From: Burkholderiales bacterium
GTDB taxonomy: Bacteria > Pseudomonadota > Gammaproteobacteria > Burkholderiales > SG8-41
DNA: 64,000 bases
Reading direction: 5' to 3'
Assembly (NCBI GenBank): GCA_050741255.1
Contig: JBOIEQ010000003.1
Location: 2,213-66,212 of the forward strand
Position numbers and translations under genes: made by a program
In this document: in pieces, positions 56,857 through 64,000 of the stretch
Numbering within the stretch: position 1 is the stretch's first letter
How the letters are laid out: the number at the start of each line of letters is the position of its first letter
The notes under the pieces: generated by a model
The model's input: only the letters and a program-made list of their open reading frames with translations
What the model was told of the DNA's origin: nothing
Database searches by the model: none

Positions 56857-57558
56857 TCAGCCGCGCAGCCACGCCTCCAGCGCCTGCGTCACGGCCTCCG
56901 GTTGTTCGATCGCGCTCAGGTGGCCGCAGTCGGGGATGGTCACGAGCCGCGCGCCGGCGATGCCGGCCGCGATCTCGGCCGCGCGCTCCGGCGGCGTGGG
57001 CACGTCCTGGTCGCCCACCAGCACCAGCGTCGGGCAACGGATGGCCGGCAGTCCGGGCAATGAATCCGGACGCTGCATGATCGCCGTCAGTTGCCGCACG
57101 AAGGCTTCCGCACCGGCGTCTTCGGCCATGGCGTGGACGATGCCGCGGAGCGCCGCGTCCTCGCGGCGGCCCGGGTGCACGAAATTCGGATAGAGCAGGT
57201 CCGGTATTTCACCGAAGTGCCCGGCCTGCGCCTGCGCGATCTGCTCCTTGCGTTTCGCGGTCTGCTCCGCGGTGTCCGCGCGCGCCGATGTGTCGAGCAG
57301 TGCCAGCCGCGCCACGCGGTCCGGCGCCTGGCGCAGGATCTCGAACGCGATGTAACCGCCCATCGAATGGCCGGCGAGCGCGAAGCGCGGCGGGGCGTCG
57401 GCGAGGATGCGCTTGGCGATGCCCGTCATGCTGTCGTCGCGTGTGTGATCGGCGACCGTCACCGGGCCGGAGCGCCACAGCGCGGGAATCTGCGCGGCGT
57501 AAAAACGCGGCGAGCAGAGCAGGCCGGGAATGAGGACGACGGGCAGGGCAGCATGCAT
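56857..57558 (-). CDS. Alpha/beta-fold hydrolase
   Basis: Internal ATG. MHAALPVVLIPGLLCS; nucleophile elbow LAGHSMGGYIAF; C-terminal CGHLSAIEQP. Confidence 0.8.
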   Translation of the reverse strand: MHAALPVVLIPGLLCSPRFYAAQIPALWRSGPVTVADHTRDDSMTGIAKRILADAPPRFALAGHSMGGYIAFEILRQAPDRVARLALLDTSARADTAEQTAKRKEQIAQAQAGHFGEIPDLLYPNFVHPGRREDAALRGIVHAMAEDAGAEAFVRQLTAIMQRPDSLPGLPAIRCPTLVLVGDQDVPTPPERAAEIAAGIAGARLVTIPDCGHLSAIEQPEAVTQALEAWLRG

Positions 57559-57634
57559 GAGCGTTTCCGGTAACGGATGGAGGCAGGAGGGTGTCACACG
57601 CCCTGGCGCAGGGTCTGTAGGCGAGCGTCTGACG

Positions 57635-58759
57635 TCAGCTGACGTCGTGCGGTCTGGCTCTTCGATGCACCTCCGGGTTCAGCGCCGCGATCCGTTTGGC
57701 GAGCGAGGGGTGCGTGGCGAGACAGCGCCAGCCCACGGCCGGCACGAAGAGCAGCGGCCCGACTTCCTCGCGATACGGCCCGCTTAAACGCTGCGTTCCG
57801 GTCTGCTGCAGTCGCCGCAGCAGCGCGTCCACCGCAGCCGGATTCCGCGTGAGCTGCAGGGTCGTCGCGTCCGCGAGCAGCACGCGTTGGCGGGCGCCGA
57901 GCGCGCGTATCCATCGCGCGAGCGCGTATCCGCAGCTCCCGATGAGCGAGATCACGCCGCCGAAAAAGGCGACGATCATGCCGAAGAAGCATCCGGCCTT
58001 GCCGAGGTCGCCGACGTTGCCGTCGCTGTCGCCCGAATGACGCAGCACCGCGCCCGGCGCGCCCACCAGGGACCGGCCGGCCGCGTAGACGGCGGTGAGG
58101 CCGGCGAGCCAGCCGATCATGCGCACGTTGAGCGCGACGTCGCCGTTGGCCACGCGCCCCAGCGCGTACGCCACCAGCGCCTGCAGCTCCGCCCGCGGCA
58201 GCCGGAGGACTGCGCCCTGCGTGAGGATGACGGCGATGTCGTCCGGCCCGGCAGCGAACGACAGGGCGTTGACGGATTCCCGGTCCGCGTCGAGCACGTA
58301 GAGCGCGGGCGGCAGCAGTTGCGCAGCCAGCGCCATTTCATCGGCGACGTTGATGAGCTGCCGCTCCTCTTCGAACGGCCTGTCGCGGTCCACGGGCCGT
58401 GCGCCGAGGCTGCGCGCGAACGCCGCGGAGCCCTTCCGGAGTCCGCGCCGGCGCGCCTGCGCGCCGTTGGCCATCACGAGGAGCGACACTCCGCTGATGA
58501 CCGCGTAAAACCCCAGCGGCATGGCGGCGAGCACTCGCCACGGTTCGGTCTGTATCGTGCCCAGCGCCTCCGGCGGCAGGCGGTCCATCGCGATCCCGGC
58601 GAGGGCCAGCCCCATGAACACGTTGATCGTGGCGACGACCAGCGGCACGCACAGCAGGACCAGCGCGAAGCGCCACCGCGCCCGCCGCGCGGCGGACGCC
58701 TGCGCGGCAAAAAAATCGATGGTCCCGGCCGGCGTTTCGGCGGGAGGCGCAGCGCTCAC
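57635..58759 (-). CDS. M48-like membrane protein with substituted active site (predicted pseudo-peptidase)
   Basis: 374 aa with the family layout: N-terminal DFFAAQASAARRARWRF plus TM, and C-terminal THPSLAKRIAAL. Where HExxH is expected it reads ELQALVAYALGRVANGDVALNVRM. Where SRxxExxAD is expected it reads ARQRVLLAD. Confidence 0.7.
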   Translation of the reverse strand: MSAAPPAETPAGTIDFFAAQASAARRARWRFALVLLCVPLVVATINVFMGLALAGIAMDRLPPEALGTIQTEPWRVLAAMPLGFYAVISGVSLLVMANGAQARRRGLRKGSAAFARSLGARPVDRDRPFEEERQLINVADEMALAAQLLPPALYVLDADRESVNALSFAAGPDDIAVILTQGAVLRLPRAELQALVAYALGRVANGDVALNVRMIGWLAGLTAVYAAGRSLVGAPGAVLRHSGDSDGNVGDLGKAGCFFGMIVAFFGGVISLIGSCGYALARWIRALGARQRVLLADATTLQLTRNPAAVDALLRRLQQTGTQRLSGPYREEVGPLLFVPAVGWRCLATHPSLAKRIAALNPEVHRRARPHDVS

Positions 58760-59361
58760 GCGCTCAGGGATACGCGAACCGGCTGCCGCTCCTCCGGACG
58801 CTCGGTCTGGAACGACGAGGCTTCGCGGAACGAGAAGATCGCGGCGAGGAGGTTGCTCGGAAAGATCTGGATCGCGGTGTTGTAGCGGAGCACCGCGTCG
58901 TTATAGGCCTGCCGCGCGAACGCCACCTTGTTTTCGGTGGAGGTGAGTTCCTCCGACAGGCTGGCGATCGTCTTGTCGGCCTTGAGGTCCGGATACGACT
59001 CGACCAGCGCGAAGAGGCGCTGCAGCGCGCCGCTCAGGCCGGCATCCTCGGCGGCGAGCTGCCGGATGGCCTCGGCGCTGCGCGGATTCGCGGCCGCCTT
59101 CTCGCTTGCAGAAACCGCGGCTGCGCGGGCCCGGGTGACCGACTCCAGGGTCTCGCGTTCGTGCTTCAGGTAACCCCGCGCCGTCTCCACGAGATTCGGG
59201 ATGAGATCGAAGCGGCGCTTGAGCTGGACGTCGATCTGCGCGAAGGCGTTGACGAAGCGATTGCGCAGCCGGACGAGCGCGTTGTAACCGAGTATCGCCC
59301 AGGCCGCGAGGACCACGGCGATTGCGATCAGCAGTATCTGGATCGTGATGAACGTCAGCAT
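58756..59361 (-). CDS. lemA: LemA-family protein
   Basis: ATG (CAT 59359-59361) after GGGGAGG. N-terminal TM, then GYNALVRLRNRFVNAFAQIDVQLKRRFDLIPNLVETARGY...ESYPDLKA...ENKVAFARQAYNDAV. ATGA overlap with the M48-like gene. Confidence 0.9.
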   Translation of the reverse strand: MLTFITIQILLIAIAVVLAAWAILGYNALVRLRNRFVNAFAQIDVQLKRRFDLIPNLVETARGYLKHERETLESVTRARAAAVSASEKAAANPRSAEAIRQLAAEDAGLSGALQRLFALVESYPDLKADKTIASLSEELTSTENKVAFARQAYNDAVLRYNTAIQIFPSNLLAAIFSFREASSFQTERPEERQPVRVSLSA

Positions 59362-59387
59362 GAGCGGCCTCCCCGGGCGCGTGCAGG

Positions 59388-59600
59388 TTAGTTCGGTCGG
59401 GCGAGGATCTTGCTGTACAGGCGGTCGTATTCCTGTTTGGTGACGGCGCCTTCCTTCAGCGCGCGTTGCAAGTCGGTGAGTTCCTGGCCCTTGGAGATCG
59501 TCGTCGTGCCCTGCACGCGGACGTAGGTATCGCCGCCGCCGCAACCGGCGAGCGAGACAAGGGCAAAGGCGGCGAGGGCGATCCTGATCGTGGTTTTCAT
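59388..59600 (-). CDS. SHOCT-domain lipoprotein
   Basis: ATG (CAT 59598-59600) after GGGGAG. Lipobox in MKTTIRIALAAFALVSLAGC. C-terminal SHOCT-like ELTDLQRALKEGAVTKQEYDRLYSKIL. Confidence 0.7.
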   Translation of the reverse strand: MKTTIRIALAAFALVSLAGCGGGDTYVRVQGTTTISKGQELTDLQRALKEGAVTKQEYDRLYSKILARPN

Positions 59601-59620
59601 GTTGGGCTCCCCGTTCGCTT

Positions 59621-59839
59621 TCACTGGACGCTGTCGATGAGCGACTGCTTCTGGCGCTCGTAGTCGCGTTCGTTCAGCGCCCCGGAGTCGCGGGCTTTCT
59701 TGAGATCGATCAACTGTTGTCCGACCGACACGCTGACCGTGGGTTGCAGGACTTCGTTGCCACCGCAGCCGCCCACAAGCAAAGCAGTGGCCAGCGCAGC
59801 GGCAGTCAATGGTTGTCGCAGTCTCGTCATCATCGCCAT
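59621..59839 (-). CDS. SHOCT-domain lipoprotein (paralog)
   Basis: Lipobox LLVGGC. C-terminal QLIDLKKARDSGALNERDYERQKQSLI. Confidence 0.7.
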   Translation of the reverse strand: MAMMTRLRQPLTAAALATALLVGGCGGNEVLQPTVSVSVGQQLIDLKKARDSGALNERDYERQKQSLIDSVQ

Positions 59840-59906
59840 CTCCCTTTTTGGGATCGATTATAGGCCCACGCTGTCGAGCGCGGACGGTGTGGGTGCCGGA
59901 GGCATG

Positions 59907-60995
59907 TCACCCCCGCTCGTTCAGAAATACGCGCGCCTGCTTTTCCCCATCGGCCATCAGCATCCCGATGTTTTCCGGACTGCGGTCGATCTTGCTTTCG
60001 TAGTCGAGCTTGGCCTGCAGCTCCGCCGACATCTCGATGAACGGGATGTAATAGTCGCGATCCTCGGCGCCGGGATAGGCGCGTGGAATGCGGATCGGTT
60101 CCTTCACGTCGAACTGTTGCAGGAATTCGGGGCGCAGCGCGTTGTTGCGCAGCAGGTCGTTGATGAAGGCGAGCGAGTCGAGGCCCTGGAACAGGGAGAC
60201 GTTGCCGACCAGCTGGTTGCGGCGGTCGCCGATGGCTTCCGGCGCGCTCGGCACCCTGGCACACACGGTCGGATTGATCTTGATCACCCAGACTTCGTGC
60301 GGGATGTTCTGCCTGCCCACGTAAATCGGCCGGATGAGTTCCTTCACCGGCGGATTGTCGGAAAAAAGTCCGTCCCAGTAGGCGCCGCCGTCGAACTCCA
60401 CGGCGGGAAAGATGTTGGGCACGGCGCAGGAGGAGAGGATGTGCTCCACGCGGATCTCGCCCGTGCGGGAGCTGAATTTGACGAGTTGCCCGGTCAGGAT
60501 GTTGACGGCGCCGAGCAGGAGCGCCGGTCCGTCTTCGAGCGCCCCCCACCGCTTCAGCTCGCTGAAATCCATGTGTGCTTCGAGCAGGGCGCGCAGGTCG
60601 GTAAAGCGCGGACGAAACTTTGACGCCACGGCGCCGAACATCGACGTCAGCACGGGCGAGGACGGGCTGATGTTGAACTGGGGCATCTGGCCCCGGCTGA
60701 CGGTGCGCATGGATTCCACGACGAACTGGTTGAACGCCTGCTCGGCGGGAGATTGCGCGGTGTTCTCGTTCCAGAACTCGATGATGCGGCGCCAGGGTTC
60801 GGGATCCTTCTTCGCGAGGGAGTACCAGGCGAGCGCGGCGCAGATCGAGCCGCCCGAGGTTCCGGACAGGCTGACGATGTTGAAGTCCTTGTGCACCCCC
60901 TCCTCGAACAATCCCTTCAGGACGCCGGCGGTGAAAGCGGTCTGGCTGCCGCCGCCCTGGCAGGCGATGGCGATTTTCGTTTTGGGTGTCGGCAT
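59907..60995 (-). CDS. Patatin-like phospholipase
   Basis: Internal ATG (CAT 60993-60995). Oxyanion motif IACQGGGSQTAFTAG; nucleophile GTSGGS; Asp region FDGGAYWDGLFSDNPP. Confidence 0.85.
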   Translation of the reverse strand: MPTPKTKIAIACQGGGSQTAFTAGVLKGLFEEGVHKDFNIVSLSGTSGGSICAALAWYSLAKKDPEPWRRIIEFWNENTAQSPAEQAFNQFVVESMRTVSRGQMPQFNISPSSPVLTSMFGAVASKFRPRFTDLRALLEAHMDFSELKRWGALEDGPALLLGAVNILTGQLVKFSSRTGEIRVEHILSSCAVPNIFPAVEFDGGAYWDGLFSDNPPVKELIRPIYVGRQNIPHEVWVIKINPTVCARVPSAPEAIGDRRNQLVGNVSLFQGLDSLAFINDLLRNNALRPEFLQQFDVKEPIRIPRAYPGAEDRDYYIPFIEMSAELQAKLDYESKIDRSPENIGMLMADGEKQARVFLNERG

Positions 60996-61125
60996 GGGGG
61001 TGTTCCTGGAAATCGGACGGGAATCGGCAGCTTGCGGCGATGCTAACACCCACAGCGTACCCGGCGCGGTGCGCGCGTCCGCGTCACCCGCCAGCACCAG
61101 CACCAGCAGCGCATGCGCGACGGGG

Positions 61126-61680
61126 TCAGCCGCTGGTGGGGTCGCTCGAAGCTGCCGAGCGGACCTCATTTCCGATGATCTCCAGGAACTGCTTCAGCTC
61201 CCGCCGGGTGCGCAAATGAAAAACGCGTTTGCGCTGCGCCGCTTCCGCTCCATAGGCCCTGTACTTTGGTGTCAGGTGACGATGACAAGGCCAGAGCACC
61301 CGGTAACTCTGGAGGGAACTGCTGATCACCGGGCTGCCTGCCGGCCAGCCCGGGGGGTCGACGAACAGCCCTTGAACCAGCCGCTTCGTGATCCACCAGG
61401 CATGCACGGCCAGCGGCAGGTCGACATGCACAAGGGTATCCGCTGCTTCGAATCGTTCCCAGGCGGGTTTGACGCTGTCGAAGCCGTCGATGATCCATTC
61501 GTCGCAGCGGATGAGCGCCGCATGCGCCTGAAGATATTCTTCCTGCGGGACGGCGATGCCCCCGGTCCGGAACTGCATTTTGTCGATCACGTGCAGCGGC
61601 AGGCCGGTGATGGCCGCCAGTTCGCGGGCCAGCGTCGATTTGCCGCCACCCGCATTGCCGAAGATTGCCACTCGCTTCAT
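61126..61680 (-). CDS. P-loop NTPase, adenylate-kinase/topology-modulation-protein-like
   Basis: 184 aa. MKRVAIFGNAGGGKSTLAREL (Walker A); small single-domain kinase-like size. Confidence 0.65.
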   Translation of the reverse strand: MKRVAIFGNAGGGKSTLARELAAITGLPLHVIDKMQFRTGGIAVPQEEYLQAHAALIRCDEWIIDGFDSVKPAWERFEAADTLVHVDLPLAVHAWWITKRLVQGLFVDPPGWPAGSPVISSSLQSYRVLWPCHRHLTPKYRAYGAEAAQRKRVFHLRTRRELKQFLEIIGNEVRSAASSDPTSG

Positions 61681-61869
61681 GCGGCCTGCCCGACTGGTCC
61701 GGTTCGGTTCCGTGCAACGGGAGGAAGCTTCCCCCTAAATCCGTTTGCCATCAATCCCTTGCCGGTGTGGGCCAACGCGGGCCCCGGTGCATAATGCAAG
61801 CGCTTGCAGTCATGCGGGGGCTCGCCTAAACTCCCTTCCCCACCCGCACGCATAACGGAGGAGTCCGCC

Positions 61870-63630
61870 ATGAACACCATGACCGAAGCCAAATCCCTCG
61901 CGCAGTCCGGCAAGGTGCGCATGACGTCCTCGGAAGCCTTCGTCGAAACGCTGATCGCACAGGGGGTGAAGGACACCTTCGGCATCGTCGGCTCGGCCTA
62001 CATGGACGCGCACGACCTGTTCCCGGCGGCCGGTATCCGCTTCCTGTCGGTGGCGCACGAGCAGAACGCCGCGCACATGGCCGACGGCTACTCGCGGGTG
62101 ACGGGCAAGCACGGGGTGTGCATCGCGCAGAACGGCCCGGGCATCACGAACTTCGTGACGGGTATCGCGGCGGCCTACTGGGCGCATTCGCCGGTGGTGT
62201 GCATCACGCCGGAATCCGGCTCCCTGTCGATGGGCCTGGGCGGCTTCCAGGAAACGGAGCAGATGCCGATCTTCTCCAAGATCACCAAGTGGCAGGTGCA
62301 CGTGAATTCGCCGCTGCGCATCGCGGAACTGACCTCGCGCGCCTTCGACTATGCGATGGCGGAACGCGGCCCGGTGCAGATCAACATTCCGCGCGATTAC
62401 TTCTACGGCGAAGGCGACTACGAGATCCCGCAGCCGCAGCGCATCGAGCGCGGCCCCGGCGGCCCCGAGTCGCTGGACGCGGCGGCGCGGCTGCTGGCGA
62501 AGGCCAAGTTCCCGGTCATCCTCTCCGGCGGCGGCGTGATCATGGCGAACGGCATCAAGGAATGCGCCGCGCTCGCCGAGTACCTGACCGCGCCGGTTGT
62601 CAGCTCCTACCTGCACAACGATTCCTTCCCGGCCTCGCACCCGCTCGCCTGCGGACCGCTCGGCTACCAGGGCTCCAAAGCGGCGATGAAACTCATCGCC
62701 AGGGCCGACGTGGTGCTCGCGCTCGGCTCGCGCCTGGGCCCCTTCGGCACGCTGCCGCAGCACGGACTCGACTACTGGCCGAAGAACGCCAAAATCATCC
62801 AGGTCGACGCCGACCCGCGCATGATCGGGCTGGTCAAGAAAGTGTCGATCGGCATCGTCGGCGACGCGAAGCTTGCGGCACTGGCCTTGCTGGAGCGGCT
62901 GAAGGGCTTCGGCAAGATGCCGCCGAACAAGGCGCGCCTCACCGACATCCGCACGGAAAAAGAAGCGTGGGCGAAGGAACTGGAGAAATGGCCCTCGCCG
63001 AACGCCAAGGGCCGCATCGGTCCGCGCCAGGCGCTGACCGCGCTGGCGAAGGCGCTGCCGAAGAACGCGATGGTCTCCACCGACATCGGCAACGTGTGCT
63101 CGGTGTCGAACAGCTATCTGAATTTCGACACGGCGCCGTCCTTTCTTGCCGCGATGAGCTTCGGCAACTGCGGCTACTCCTTCCCCGCGGCGATGGGCGC
63201 GAAGGTGGGCCGGCCCGACCGGCCCGCGATCGCCTACGTCGGCGATGGCGCCTGGGGCATGAGCCTCACGGAAGTCATGACCTGCGTGCGCGAGGACATT
63301 CCGGTCGTGGCGGTGGTGTTCAACAACGGGCAGTGGGGTGCGGAGAAGAAGAACCAGGTGGACTACTTCGACAACCGCTTCCTCGGCACCGATCTCGAAA
63401 ACCCAAACTTCGCGGACGTCGCCGAAGCGATGGGTGCGCGCGGCATCACGGTCGATCACGTGGACGAGATCGGCGACGCGATGAAGGCGGCCGTGAAGTC
63501 GAACAAGCCCACCGTCATCAACCTGATGCTGACACAGGAGCTGGGCGATCCGTTCCGGCGCGACGCGTTCAAGCCGCCGCACCGGTTGCTCGCCAAGTAC
63601 CGGAAGTACAGCGCGAAGCAGTTCCGCTGA
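61870..63630 (+). CDS. xsc: Thiamine-diphosphate enzyme, sulfoacetaldehyde acetyltransferase (Xsc)-like
   Basis: ATG at 61870 after GGAGGAG. MTSSEAFVETLIAQGVKDTFGIVGSAYM...; HNDSFPASHPLACGPLGYQGSKAAMKLIARADVVLALGSRLGPFGTLPQHGLDYWPKNAKIIQVD; TPP motif GDGAWGMS...NNGQWGAEKKNQ. It matches my recollection of Xsc sequences better than acetolactate synthases. Confidence 0.7.
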   Translation: MNTMTEAKSLAQSGKVRMTSSEAFVETLIAQGVKDTFGIVGSAYMDAHDLFPAAGIRFLSVAHEQNAAHMADGYSRVTGKHGVCIAQNGPGITNFVTGIAAAYWAHSPVVCITPESGSLSMGLGGFQETEQMPIFSKITKWQVHVNSPLRIAELTSRAFDYAMAERGPVQINIPRDYFYGEGDYEIPQPQRIERGPGGPESLDAAARLLAKAKFPVILSGGGVIMANGIKECAALAEYLTAPVVSSYLHNDSFPASHPLACGPLGYQGSKAAMKLIARADVVLALGSRLGPFGTLPQHGLDYWPKNAKIIQVDADPRMIGLVKKVSIGIVGDAKLAALALLERLKGFGKMPPNKARLTDIRTEKEAWAKELEKWPSPNAKGRIGPRQALTALAKALPKNAMVSTDIGNVCSVSNSYLNFDTAPSFLAAMSFGNCGYSFPAAMGAKVGRPDRPAIAYVGDGAWGMSLTEVMTCVREDIPVVAVVFNNGQWGAEKKNQVDYFDNRFLGTDLENPNFADVAEAMGARGITVDHVDEIGDAMKAAVKSNKPTVINLMLTQELGDPFRRDAFKPPHRLLAKYRKYSAKQFR

Positions 63631-63654
63631 ACGGGTGAGGGCGGTGCCCTCCGC

Positions 63655-64000
63655 ATGAACGACCCGCGCCCGCCGCAGGTCGCCGGCGTCACGCTGGCCG
63701 ACGTCGCGCGCCGTGCCAAAGTGTCGACGGCCACCGTCTCACGTGCGCTGTCGCTGCCGCAGATGGTGAAGCCCGCCACGCTGCGCCGCGTGCAGGCGGC
63801 CGTGGAAGCGCTGGGCTACGTCGCGCACGGCGCCGCGCGCGCGCTGGCGTCACGGCGCACGCACACCATCGGCGCCGTCATCCCCACGCTCGACAACGCG
63901 ATCTTCGCCAACACCACGCACGCGCTGCAGCGGGCCTTCGACGCGGCGGGTTACACCCTGCTGCTCGCCTCGCACGAATTCGACCCCGCGGCCGAAGTGC
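63655..64000 (+). CDS. LacI-family transcriptional regulator, 5' part (runs off the right edge)
   Basis: Translated by hand: MNDPRPPQVAGVTLADVARRAKVSTATVSRALSLPQMVKPATLRRVQAAVEALGYVAHGAARALASRRTHTIGAVIPTLDNAIF... This is the HTH plus the start of the sugar-binding fold. Not in the track because it has no stop in the window. Confidence 0.85.
   Translation, partial: MNDPRPPQVAGVTLADVARRAKVSTATVSRALSLPQMVKPATLRRVQAAVEALGYVAHGAARALASRRTHTIGAVIPTLDNAIFANTTHALQRAFDAAGYTLLLASHEFDPAAEV

Noticed and set aside
59907-61680. Patatin + P-loop pair as a CBASS-like or other anti-phage defense system
   Set aside because: No cyclase/nucleotidyltransferase, sensor or other recognised defense component is adjacent, and the P-loop protein looks like a small adenylate-kinase-type NTPase.
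61810-63582. 590-aa minus-strand ORF and 506-aa plus-strand alternative frame (62118..63638)
   Set aside because: They are antisense to or out of frame with the TPP enzyme, whose frame is fixed by the GDGAWGMS...NNGQWG TPP motif.

Overview
High-GC proteobacterial chromosome segment. It looks like a Burkholderiales-type betaproteobacterium: seven Bug/TctC-family periplasmic receptors, ubiC-ubiA and ubiD, hemA-prfA-prmC-grxD, and groESL behind a sigma32-type promoter plus a CIRCE operator. I can support about 60 protein genes, one tRNA-Phe, several intrinsic terminators and a few structured repeats. I saw no rRNA, CRISPR array, transposase or integrase. Housekeeping genes (recG, ubiCAD, dacB, bioA, groESL, hemA, prfA, prmC, grxD) alternate with small minus-strand catabolic operons. 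Each of those pairs a Bug receptor with CoA-transferases, a hydratase or lyase, an intradiol dioxygenase or malonyl-CoA decarboxylase. Four things deserve most attention. (1) At the left edge, an orphan 1159-aa exported FecR-domain protein with about 1000 aa of unrecognisable Cys-paired and coiled-coil sequence. Its stop overlaps (ATGA) the start of an exported subtilase, and an outer-membrane-barrel-like gene follows that the ORF track missed because it runs off the edge. (2) An eight-gene, tightly coupled membrane/AAA+ cluster at 47.8-55.4 kb (polytopic protein, RDD, SpoIIM-like, DUF4129-like, DUF4350-like, MoxR, DUF58). The DUF58 gene is bracketed by two unusual palindromic elements whose arms are built from tandem short repeats. 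(3) An operon of two SHOCT lipoproteins, LemA and an M48-like protein in which all three zinc/catalytic positions are substituted (HExxH becomes YALGR; third-ligand Glu becomes Val). (4) Tandem paralogous SAM-methyltransferases that both carry signal peptides. All family calls rest on motifs I could read in the translations; no database search was possible. Many long ORFs in the supplied track are antisense or out-of-frame artefacts of GC3 bias, and several true genes start well inside the listed ORF.
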